From positions 186,001-228,299 of the forward strand of contig JAVKOQ020000060.1 in NCBI GenBank assembly GCA_031835245.2: a DNA stretch of 42,299 bases. Reading direction: 5' to 3'. The notes beneath the pieces were generated by a model. That model worked only from the letters and a program-made list of their open reading frames with translations, was not told the DNA's origin and did no database searches. Each line of letters opens with the position of its first letter. Positions within the stretch are counted from its first letter, which is position 1. Shown here in pieces: positions 1-11,206 of the stretch. This DNA is from Balamuthia mandrillaris (lineage: Eukaryota). The position numbers were made by a program, and so were the translations under genes.

Positions 1-331
1 CCTCGTCAGCGTTTTGTGAGCTCTCATCAAATGTGAGGGGAATGCGTGTGGGGTCCATGCTCAGCGAGCGGACCTCCTCCGCCACCGCGTCGGCCTCATC
101 GTCGTCGTCGTCGGCCACGTTTTTCTGGATGGGGGTGCTAGAGGCCGAGGAGGAGGAGAGGGTTGCAGGGGAGGAGGTCAGGCTGGGGAAGCCGCCGCTG
201 TTGGACATGAATAGAGGAGTTCTTTGTTGTTGTTGTTGTGACTCTGTTGTTTTGGAAGAGGAAGAGGAAGAGGAGGAGGAGGAGGTTGTGGTTGCTCCAT
301 AGGAACTTTGTTGTTGTGCACTAGGGTCCAT
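1..331 (-). CDS. 5' part of a gene running off the left edge; Ser/Thr/Gln-rich low-complexity N-terminus, function unknown
   Basis: ATG at 331 (-) opens MDPSAQQQSSYGATTTSSS...QKNVADDDDEADAVAEEVRSLSMDPTRIPLTFDESSQNADE with no stop before the window edge; arranged divergently from the E2 gene. Confidence 0.6.
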   Translation of the reverse strand, partial: MDPSAQQQSSYGATTTSSSSSSSSSSKTTESQQQQQRTPLFMSNSGGFPSLTSSPATLSSSSASSTPIQKNVADDDDDEADAVAEEVRSLSMDPTRIPLTFDESSQNADE

Positions 332-660
332 CGTCTTTGGCTTTCTTTCTTTCGTTCTTTCTTTTTCGATCTTTTCAACAAAACAAAAAAAAAAATAAAT
401 CCGATTTTTTTCTGGTTGACTCCTCGTACCAGTGAGATTTCTTAAGAAAAAATTTGCGGACATCATCGAGTTGCACAAACTCAGCTAAAGTTGTGCATTG
501 CGCACTGGGAGAAGAAATTTCCCAATCACAAGCTACTCGAGTCGTCATGGAGTATAGAGCAAGAGAGAAAGCGGAGAAGAAGCAAAGACAGAACTGATCT
601 TTGGTTTGTGTTGCGTTGTGTTGTGTGTGTGTTTTTTTTTTTTTGAAAGAGCGTCCATCC

Positions 661-969
661 ATGGCAACTGCGTACAAACGGCTGATGCATGAGTACAGAG
701 GTAAAGGACCAAACAAAAACAAAAAAAAAAATGAATTTTTTTTTAACAAACACAGTTTGAACAACAAGACTAACACAACCTAAAAACAAAAGAGCTCACG
801 ATCAACCCTCCCGAGGGGTTGACGGTTGGACCGGTAAGCGAGGATAACTTTCTGGAGTGGGAGGCTCTCATCATGTACGACGACTTCTTTCTGTAGTTTT
901 GTTTTCCTGCTGCTGGGTGTTTTTTTTCTCTCGTAGTATAAAGAATGGCTTTTTTTTTAACTTTTACAC

Positions 970-1023
<54 letters not shown>

Positions 1024-1373
1024 AAGGGGTCCACCCGGTACACCCTACGAAGGCGGCGTCTTCACGGCTCGGCTCGTCTTTCCCAAGGACTACCCTTTGA
1101 ACCCACCCAAAATGACATTCGCGTCCGAAATGTGGCACCCAAACAGTTGAGCCGTCTTCTCTTTTTCTCTTCTTCTTATGTCCTCTGGCCTCTCTTTCAT
1201 TCTCTCATTCCCTTTGCAATCCCTCTGTGAGCAGTTTATACAAACGGAGAGGTTTGCATATCCATTTTGCATGCGGGAGACGACCCGACCCACTACGAGA
1301 AGAGCGAGGAGCGGTGGTCTCCCGTTCAGAGCGTTGAAAAGATCTTGATATCCGTTATGAGCATGCTCTCAGG

Positions 1374-1418
<45 letters not shown>

Positions 1419-1647
1419 GCCTTCCCTTTTGACTTGTTTGTTTCGCTTTCACACCAGAACCAAATGATGAAAGTCCAGCAAACCTTGATGCAGCTGTAGG
1501 CGCTTCTTTCTCTTTTACTCCCTTTTCTTTCTGTTGCTTTTTTTTTTCTCATTTGATGAGTTTTTCAACCAGAAAATGTGGAGAGATGATCGAGAATCAT
1601 TCAACGAGAAAGTGGCCGCCACTGTAAGAAAAAGTCTTGGCTTGTAA
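661..1647 (+). CDS. UBE2G2: Ubiquitin-conjugating enzyme E2 G2 (Ubc7-like, ERAD), multi-exon
   Basis: Exons splice via GT-AG to [127 protein letters not shown] motif, catalytic Cys and the Ubc7-type acidic loop are present. Confidence 0.93.
971..1018. repeat. (AC)n microsatellite in an E2 gene intron
   Basis: Uninterrupted acacac run just before the 3' splice site. Confidence 0.95.
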
Positions 1648-1735
1648 CTAACGTTGTATAAAAACAAAGAACTAGTGGGTCGTTCTTTCTCTTATCAGCT
1701 GCTTTTGTTCTGTTCCGTTGTTTTTTTTTCTTTGT

Positions 1736-3094
1736 TTAAAGCTTTGCAGATTGTTGTTGGCGGTTATCATCAACCTCAACGATGAGTTTACCGAAAGTCT
1801 TTCTCTCTGCGATCTCACGCAATGCCAAAGGAAGCTGCTCCAAACGGAACGACTTGGGATAGACCACTGGCTTCAGTTTGCCTTCCACAAACATTTGCTC
1901 CAACTGTTGAAAGGCTTCTTCGACTTTGGATGGTTGCTTATATTGGTATGATCCCCAAAACACGCTGTTTAGGTTTCAGCTTTAGCTCAACAAGAACGGA
2001 AAAAGGGCAGGAGAAGAGCGGAAGAAGGAAGCAGATCATACCCAACGATAGAACAGTTTTTGAGAAGAACCCGGTTGGTGCGAATGCTTGGAATAGTTCC
2101 GCCTGCAAAACCAATCACCAACAATCCTTTTCTTCCCAGGAGACTCGATCAGCAACGAACAAGAACAACCTACAACCAAGACAGAAGACATACGTCCACC
2201 CCAGGCAATGCATTTGGTTGAGTTATCAAAGACCTCACCACCAACGGGATCAAAGATAACGTCTGCACCATTGCTATCAGTGAGCTCTTTCACCTCGGTC
2301 ACAAAGTCCTTTTCCTTGTTGTTGTAGTCAATGACGTGGTCAGCCCCAGCGGCTTTGGCGACTGCACACTTTTCAGGGCCACCAGCGGTGGCAATGACGC
2401 GAGCCCCCAGGGCTTTGCCTATTTGGATGGCGGCAATGCCCACCCCACCTGCCCCAGCGTGCACCAGCAGGGTCTCCCCTGACCGCAGGTTCGCTCTGTA
2501 GACCAATGCAGCTGGAGAGATTGAAAGCAAATGAGATATGAGGAAGCAACAGGAGAGGAGGGAACAAGAAGAAGCTGAACGCAAGAAGGACAACAGGATA
2601 AAGTCTTACCATAGGAGGTGGGATAGGTCATAGAAAAACCAGCGGCCTGTAAGACCAAAACAAAAAAAAAAAAAACGAACAGACAACGTTAGGGCGTGTG
2701 ATCAGAACAAAAACAAAGACTCGCGAGAAGCCAATAAGTGGCATACGTATTGCAGGGACATGCCACGAGGTATCGCACGGATGCTCTTGGCCGGCACGGC
2801 GATCTTTTCCGCGTAGGCACCGGTGGCAGCGATGCCATAGACCTCATCGCCCACTTTCCACTTGGTGACGCCTTCGCCCACCCTGGAGACCACACCAGAG
2901 AACTCGGTGCCGGGGATGAAAGGGAATGGCGGTCGGTACTGGTACTTGCCCTGCACCATCAAAATGTCGTAGAAGTTTGCGCCGGCATATTTCACGTCCA
3001 CCATCACCATTCCCTTTTTCAAGGGCGGTAGCGGGGCTTCCCTGACGACGAGCTCCTCCGGTTCTTGCCATCGCTCGACCACCACCGCTTTCAT
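1736..3094 (-). CDS. NADPH:quinone oxidoreductase (zeta-crystallin/MDR family), multi-exon, C-terminal -AKL
   Basis: MKAVVVERW..GANFYDILMVQGKYQYRPPFPFIPGTEFSGVV; nucleotide-binding LVHAGAGGVGIAAIQIGKALGA; GADVIFDPVGG; ends RKTFGKLIVEV..SAKL*. Confidence 0.9.
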
Positions 3095-3415
3095 TCTTCT
3101 TCTCCCTTTGCTTTCTTTTCTGTCGACAAAGGAAAATTCACGGTGGAGATAAGGTAAGATCAACGATCTTATCATCGATGTTGAGATCGTTATTCTTAAT
3201 TTGGAAATTATCGGAATGTTTTATGATTTATAATTGGTGGATAGATTTACAAATGAGATCGCAAAAAGGAATGACGTCACAGTTCGATGGAATCGAGAAT
3301 CAACCGCCAAAAAAAAAAAAAATTAAAAAAACAAAAAGGAGCAGCACGGAAGAGGGACCGAGTCCGCCCCCTCAACGCACACTCGCTTGACCATCATTTC
3401 CGGTTTGGCAAACTA

Positions 3416-5388
3416 ATGGAAGGCAGGGCTTCTCTAGGTACGTTGCATTGTGCCTTGTGTTTTTTTATTTCTTGAAGAAGAACACACCAAAAATAAATAA
3501 TAAACACCATGGCCATGCACTCAAATAGGGCGTGGCAACGATGGCGGCAAGACCCCGCGGAAGAGAGCCGCCAGAGCGGGTGCTGCTGCTCCGGAAGAGG
3601 AGGAAGAGAGGGAGGCAACCACCCGAGAGAGCAAGAGGCAGAGAAGAAGCAGAGGGGGCACGGAAACGGGTGAAGCCAGCAACGGGGTAGCAACACAAAG
3701 AAGAAAAGTAGAAATGGGAAAAGAGAAGGCAGAGGCCAGAGCGAGAAAGAAAGAGGGGGAAGAAGAGGAGGAGGAGGACGAAAGAGAGGAAGAGGAGGTG
3801 GAGGGTTTGACCCTGTATGAGCTTTATAGAAGACCCATGTTGCCCATTGAGGACAGCAGCACGACCACCCTGCAAATTCGCACGCTTAACGTGGAGCTCA
3901 CCTGCCCCATTTGCTTGGGGATCATCCGCAGGACAATGACGGTCATGGAGTGCTTGCATCGGTTCTGCGCGGACTGCATTTCCAAGTGTCTTCGCCTGAG
4001 GTTTTCTTTATTTCCTCCTCCTTTCCTTTATTTTTTGTTGCCCACTTTACTTATGTGCTTTCCTTGCACCGTCACAGCAAGAAGAAGGAATGTCCTACAT
4101 GTAGAGTCCATTGCTCGTCCCGTCGTCACTTGCGTCCAGATCCAAACTTTGACAAATTGATTGCCGCCATCTACCCCAACCTGGATGAGTATGAGGCCCA
4201 GGAAGCGTCCTTCATCGAGGACATCAACAAAAGTCTAAATCGGAAAGCTCTTACTGACAGTGTCGAAAGGGGTATTAAACGCCAGGCTGCGGCGGTCAGG
4301 AGATCCTCCACGAGTGGGTCTTCGTCATCAACGCCAGTCCCATCTCCCATGAACACCAGACGTAGTCGGCGAAAGAGTTCTGCTTCTGCGGAACCAGCGT
4401 CGCCAGAACCTTTCTCTAAAAGTAGCACAACAAAACCAAGTAAGTACACTTTCATTTCTCACTATTGTTTTTTTCAAACGTTTTATCAAAAGACTTACAC
4501 TTTTAATACCCCGACTCTTTTAATAATGCACTAACCGGATCAGCGACCCCTTCTTCCACAACCATTCCTTCTCCTTCTGCCACGCCCTCTTCTCCAGCCG
4601 CCTCTTCTGTTCCCACCACAACGAAACCACCACAACCACAACAAGCACCAGCAGGAACCAGTACAGGAGAGCTTCAACATTACCACATGCCCAAGCGGAA
4701 ACACCAACTAGCCACAAAACTCGCCAACAATCCAGAGGTTTGGCAAACTCCTTTCTTATGGCGTTGCTTTGTTTGGCTAACGACCTTTCAAACGGGCGGT
4801 ACAGTTTATAGATTTTGTTTTATACCCACACCCAAACGAAACGCAGCTGCCTGTCTTGGACAAGAATTGTCTAAAAACGAACAAGTCTGCAACAGTACAG
4901 AAACTCACCCAATTTTTGGCTAAGCGGATTCCTCCTCTTCTTTCCTCCCACGCTGCTCCTACTTCAGGTGACAACCCGTTTTGCTTTTACTCTTGTCCTT
5001 GTTTTTTTTCTTGCTTATTTGTGCCTTTCTGATTCTTGTGTTTGTTGCAGAAGGTATGAACGGAAACGGTCACTATACACCAGAGAATCGTGAAGACAGC
5101 GAAACATTTTTGAGCAAAGTAGGCAACCATAACAACTTTCGAATCAGCATTCTTGTCCCAACAGTTAATCCTGGCAGTACTGTGGAACGAAACAAATACG
5201 TCACACTGGAACGCAATGACACGCTTGAGTGCATTCGCAACACAGTATGAACCAATCTTGCACCTTTTTTCCAGCTTCACTTTTGTCAAGTGTCTAATGT
5301 TTATATTTGTTTTTTGTTTCTGTAGTTTTGGGATCAACCTGCCGATATGGTTCTCTATTACAGCCTTGACACCACGCCACAAGAATGA
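3416..5388 (+). CDS. RING1: RING1-like E3 ubiquitin ligase (PRC1 catalytic subunit type): C3HC4 RING plus probable C-terminal RAWUL domain
   Basis: Short first exon MEGRASLG (3416-3437) splices into frame at 3529; ELTCPICLGIIRRTMTVMECLHRFCADCISKCLRL/SKKECPTCRVHCSSRRHLRPDPNFDKLIAAIYPNLDEYE closely matches RING1A/B; last exon FWDQPADMVLYYSL resembles a RAWUL terminus. Confidence 0.82.
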
Positions 5389-6637
5389 TACATAAATTCT
5401 CTTCACCATCATATCTGTGGAGGGTTGAGAAATGCAACAAAATAATTAGAGAGAGAGAAAGCAAGAACAGAAGGGAAAAACAACAACAAAAGAAAGGAAG
5501 CCAAACGCGTTTGGGCCAAGGGAACGACTAATAGCGAGGTACTATGCTTCTATCGCTGGTAGGTCTCCTATGAACTGGAAGGCAAAGGTGACACGGTGAG
5601 TCTGTGTTTCGCAATGAAGCCAAGCGAGGGCTTGTAACCAGGTAGGGAGAACCGTTTGTCCATGGAGCAGACGCACAAAGCCCGCGTGAGCCACCTTTGA
5701 ACCGCTTCGTTGGCTGAGGCCGAATCGCCTTGTCCTCGGGTGGAGAGAGTACAACGAGCTATAACAAACTGTGGTGTGGGATGTGCACGATTGCCAACCT
5801 GCCACGCTCCTCCAGCAAGAGTACTCGTCGAGGCTGTTATCACATCTGATTCTTGGCGTTGTCCAAACGAAGAATGTCAGCTGTGGAATCGACCCAGTAG
5901 GCCTTACAAAGGAATGTACGTTATTGATTCTTTCTCGCATAACACTCTTGCGTTGGTTAGCCCATCGGCAAAACTGGAGGAAAGTTCAAATGGCCAGCTT
6001 TTTGTTTTGCTGTAAGGTGAAGGATAAAGCAAAGAGCATAAGAAAAATGTTAATAGTGCAAGGTGCTGGAGGAAATAGTTTGAGTACTGTTGTGATTTGT
6101 CAGGTGCAAGCACATTCCTTCGCCAACAGCATTGTGGTTCTTCTGTTGCAGATAATGCAGATGTGGTTCTGATAGGGGTTTCTCTGGTTGTGTTCTTATT
6201 TCCTGTGCTAAACAAAGAACAAAACAATGTAAATAAAACGAATCAGCAAAAAAACACCCGCGAAGTTCATCCGTTTACAACCACTCCAAGGAGTTCTTCA
6301 AGCGATCCGGACCTTGACCCAGGTTGTTCGCCCTGCTCCGGAGCCGCTTGCACTTTTGTCCAACAAAGTGACATAAATGAAGTGGAATGGTCTAGTATGC
6401 GTTCACTCAAAATATTGGTCACCTCGAAGAGGAGAAGAATCCTCGCCGCGGGTCATACCCACGGCATGCGTCCCTTCAACCACTACAGGAGCTCACGGCT
6501 CAATTACCTGTCTACAAAAAATATGGCGATACGTATGGATGCCATTCATGCAACGGAATTGTCCAGAAACATCCCTAAATTATCTGCAGGGAAGTACTGG
6601 ACCTATTTTCTGCTTCACTAAACGATAAGAAGAAAAA

Positions 6638-7391
6638 ATGGCGAACAGGACGCCTCCCGAAGCAGAAGGCCTTCCTCACTTCCCGTTCTTGGAGCTGCCC
6701 AGCGAGTTGCAGTTGCACACTTTGGTCTGGCTGGCCCCGCTGGCGGTAAGGAGCACAACCAACGGCAGCAAAAACATCAACAAGGACCTGTTCCACTGCC
6801 ATTTGGTATGCAAGCATTTTGCGCAGCTGTTACGCCGGGATTACTTTTGGCAAATGGTGCTGCAAACGAGCGGCGTGGTGGAGGAGGGCTTCCCCTCCCT
6901 TCCTCACGACGTCCAAACTTGGAAGGAACTCTATCAGTTGCAATGTAATGCACCTTTTCCTATTTTGCCTTTATTTTTATTTTATTTTATGCTTTTTATT
7001 TATTTTTATTTTCATGTTTATCCTTTTTTTCTCTATTTATTTTTTTTTGTTTGTTTATTTATTTTTTGTTGTGTAAGTCATACACTTGGAAGTCGCCAAT
7101 GGCAGCGACAAGTATCTTCGTTTGGAGGACAAGAAGTTGACGGTAACGGTCACCGGAACGCACTATAACCACTTTCGCGTCTACGCTTCTCGTGATTGGC
7201 ATTCTGGTTTGGGTTTCTTCTTCCATGTGGTTGATTTCTTTTGTATTTTCTATTTCTCGTTGTATTTATCCTTGTTCTCCTGCTTGTTGTTGTTGTCTTA
7301 TGTTGTTGTTGTCTTATGTTGTTGTTGTCTTATGTTGTTGTTGTTGTTGTTGTCTTATGTTGTTGTTGTTGTTGTTGTTGTTGTTGTCTTA

Positions 7392-7440
<49 letters not shown>

Positions 7441-8428
7441 CTTCTTCTTCTTCTTCTTCTTCTTCTTCTTCTTCTTCTTCTTCTTCTTCTTCTTGTTCTT
7501 CTTGTTCTTCTTCTTCTTCTTCTTCTTCTTCTTCTTCTTCTTCTTCTTGCTCTTCCTCTTCTTCTTCTTGTTCTTCTTGTTCTTGTTCTTGTTCTTGTTC
7601 TTGTTCTTGTTCTTCTTCTTCTTCTTCTTCTTCTTCTTCTTGCTTCTTCTTCTTCTTCTTCTTTTTCTTCTTCTTCTTCTTCTTCTTCTTCTTCTTCTTC
7701 TTCTTTGTTTGTTGCTGCTGTTTCTTTTTCTTTCTCATCACTTTTGCTTCTTATTTTCTCACTGGTGTATTCAGGAAAACACTACTGGGAGGCAAAGTTT
7801 AATCATATAAATGCGCAGATATTTGTAGGAGTGCTTCCAAGTAAAATTTGTAACACCTATACTGGCATTATTGGACATTCTACTTCAGAAGGTTTGTTCA
7901 CAGATGGTTTCTTTCTTGAGAAATGTTGTTTCAACTCCTTATTCCCTCACCTCTCTTATTTCGCTTCTTTTTCTACATTCTCCCTCTCTCATCGTTTGAC
8001 TTTCATATTCTTTGTTATCCAATCTTTGGTTCTTAACCCCGATATCGCACTCTTAGGGTGGAGCATAATACCCTATACAGGTGAGATCAGGGGCAATCAT
8101 GGCAAAGACAGCAAACCTCCGCTGCAGGGCTTTCAATGGTTCAAAGAAGGGGACGTGCTTGGCGTATGCCTGGATATTGATGCAGGTTTCGTTGTTTCCT
8201 GCCCTGTTGTTTGTTTTTGAGGACTCACGGACCCATTAAAAACAAACAGGAAAGCTGGATTATTGGTGCAATGGGGTCTACTTGACTGGTTTACAGAAAG
8301 AGACCATCAAACAAAACGGACCCTATCGTGCTGCCGTTAGTCTCATGAACGACAAGGAAAGCGTTACGTTCAATTTCAACGCCAGAGTGCCAGCCTCAGC
8401 CATGCAGAGAGAAGGAGGAGCTGTTTAG
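6638..8428 (+). CDS. F-box + SPRY/B30.2 domain protein, multi-exon
   Basis: F-box-like FPFLELPSELQLHTL..LVCKHFAQLLRRDYFWQ; SPRY-like SGKHYWEAKF..IFVGV..GWSI..FKEGDVLGVCLDIDAGKLDYWCNG..YRAAVSL..VTFNF; stop TAG at 8426-8428. Confidence 0.82.
7284..7704. repeat. Compound (GTT)n/(CTT)n/(CTTGTT)n microsatellite in an F-box gene intron
   Basis: About 420 bp of GTT repeats punctuated by gtcttat, switching to CTT at 7441. Confidence 0.95.
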
Positions 8429-8619
8429 CTAACCGTTATCGCAAAATATTCGATAGAAACAAAAAAGAAGAAAATGTTTCAACTCCTAACGATAATCCAG
8501 ATATTTCGCAATATTATCGACAATTATTAATCACCAATGTATTTATCGATGTTTATGAATTAATTACAAATTTTTGTCGACAAATAATCGTGGAATTTAA
8601 AGAGAAAGAAAAAGAAAAG

Positions 8620-9834
8620 ATGAAACAGAAAAGTGGTTCTTCTTCTTCATCGGCCTCTTTCTCTTCCTCGGCTGGAGCGAGCCTCAGGAAAACCAAGTTG
8701 AGCCTCGCTCTCACTTACCACAAGGCCCTTTCGCCATGGTTTTGGCTCAACGTCGTCCCGTTCGTGCTGGGTTACGCGGCCGTCCTCACCGCCTACTTTC
8801 TGCACATGGATGAGGACAAGGACGCCCTCTGGCTGTTGGGCTTGCCCGTGCTGTTCGTCCTTCACGTTCTCTCCTTCTTGGCTATGCACTGGTCGGTCAA
8901 CGCTCGCTGTTTCTTTGCCTATCGAAAGGTTCGTTCGTTGATTTTCAACCATTTCAATCGCTTCCGCTACTTTTTTTTTGATGGTAAACTCTCAAAAAAA
9001 AAAGGTGTCTGATGTGAAGAAAGCGGATTTTGTGAGGGTCACTCCTCCTGCTGCGCACAAAGGACCAACCATGCTTTGTGCTCTTCATCGTCAGGTAGGA
9101 GCGCTTTTCTATCTCGCGGCTTTGCTATTCTGTTCATTGCGCTCTCTTCACGCTGACGTCTTCTTGTTCTTGTTCTTGTTCTTGTTCTTGTTCTTGTTCT
9201 TGTTCTTCTTCTTGTTCTTGTTCTTCTTGTTCTTCTTCTTGTTCTTGTTCTTCTTCTTGTTCTTGTTCTTCTTCTTCTTGCTTCTTTTCTTTCTTGCCAC
9301 TTGCTTCTTGTGTTTATGCTTTGCATGGTGGTGATTGGACAGGATGAGAGTGAGGAAGGAGAGCGGCTGTGGTTTATTTATCAGCAGCGTACTTTTGTCT
9401 TTGACCAAGGAGAAGGCCGGTTCAGGAAGCTGGATTTTCCTGTGTCGGGCCAACTGGAGGTATATCAATCCGTCAAGGGACATACCACCGCTGGTGACCT
9501 CCATCGCGCTCAACGCAAATGGCAACAGAATGAGTACTCACTCCGTTTCCTTTTGTTTGTTCTTATCGTTTGTCGTTTGACTTTGTCGCGTTGTTTAGTT
9601 CTCTTTCTTCCTTTTGTTATATGCTCTGACGTTCTTACATTATACTTCAGCTTTCAAATCCCATTACCTTCGTTTGCGGAGTTGTTCAAAGAACAAGCAC
9701 TGGCTCCTTTCTTTGTCTTTCAGGTCTTTTGCGTGTGTCTTTGGTTCTTTGATGCCTATTGGTACTTTAGCTTGTTGACGTTGGTCATGTTAGTAGTCTT
9801 TGAGTCCTCAGTGGTACAAACGGTGAGCAGAGCT

Positions 9835-9865
<31 letters not shown>

Positions 9866-10563
9866 CCCCCTCTCTCTCACTCGTTTCCTCCTCTTTTCTC
9901 ACGTATTTAATTAATTATAATAGCGGATACAAAACTTGAAAGTATTGCGTGAGATGGCAGAGATGGCAAAACCCAAACAAAACATGTTTGTTTATAGGGA
10001 GGGCAAATGGACTCAAGTCTCTGCCAAAGAGCTTTTGCCTGGAGATATTTGTTCATTGGTTCGACTGAACGATGAGACCATTTGCCCATGTACTTTCATT
10101 CCTTTCTTGATTATGTTTTTCTCTTCGTATTTGTAACGTGCCTTATTCGCTGCAGGTGATGTGCTGTTGTTGTCTGGCTCGTGTGTAGTCGATGAAGCAA
10201 TGCTCACCGGAGAAAGCACGCCACAGTTGAAGGCACACACCCTTTATCTCTCATTGCTTTTTCCACATCTCATTCTCTATGATTCTTTTCTTATGATTTA
10301 GGAAAGCATCCAGTATCGCAACGGTGACGAGAATTTCAATATCTCGAACAGTAATGACCACATACACGTCATATTTGGTGGTACTACCATAGTTCAGGCT
10401 TCTGCTGTTTCCAAAACAGAAGAAAATTATCGCCTAAGAGGTTATTTTTGCTCTCTCTCTCTCTCTCTCTCTCTTGCTCATTTGGCACTACAGCTCCTGA
10501 TGGCGGATGCATCGTTTATGTCCTTCGCACCGGTTTCTACACGAGCCAGGTACTTTCTTTTAT

Positions 10564-10604
<41 letters not shown>

Positions 10605-11164
10605 CACACTTACGACCATTGCTTTTGTATTTTCAAAAGGGCAAATTGATGCGGACAATCATGTTTTCGTCCGAGAGAGTGACGGCTAACACGTTGGAAA
10701 CCTTTTTGTTCATCGGCTGCCTTCTTTGCTTTGCTATTGCCGCTTCTGGCTATGTGCTCTACAAAGGTTTGGGTTGAATTTTAAACATCGAAAGAAAAGA
10801 AATTGAAGAGCATGTTGCACGTTTGCCAACAAAATAACAGGTTTGCAGGACGAGTCACGCAGCAGATGGAAACTCTTTTTGGAGTGTGCGCTTGTCATTA
10901 CATCGGTGGTACCCCCCGAGCTTCCTACAGAGCTCTCTTTAGCTGTCAACACCTCTCTGGTTGCCCTTCGTCGAATTGGTTAGTTCTTTTTTGACTGTTC
11001 AGCATTATATTATTCACTTTGCTCATCTTTCATTTTGATTTAGGGATATTTTGTACGGAGCCATTCCGCATTCCATTTGCTGGAAAAGTTCAGATATGTT
11101 GTTTTGATAAAACTGGAACCTTGACCAGTGATAAGCTTATCTTGGAGGGCGTTGCTGGCCTTGA

Positions 11165-11206
<42 letters not shown>

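Noticed and set aside
7086..7810. Long poly-Leu/Val/Ser/Glu ORFs in several frames
   Set aside because: Artefacts of an intronic trinucleotide microsatellite.
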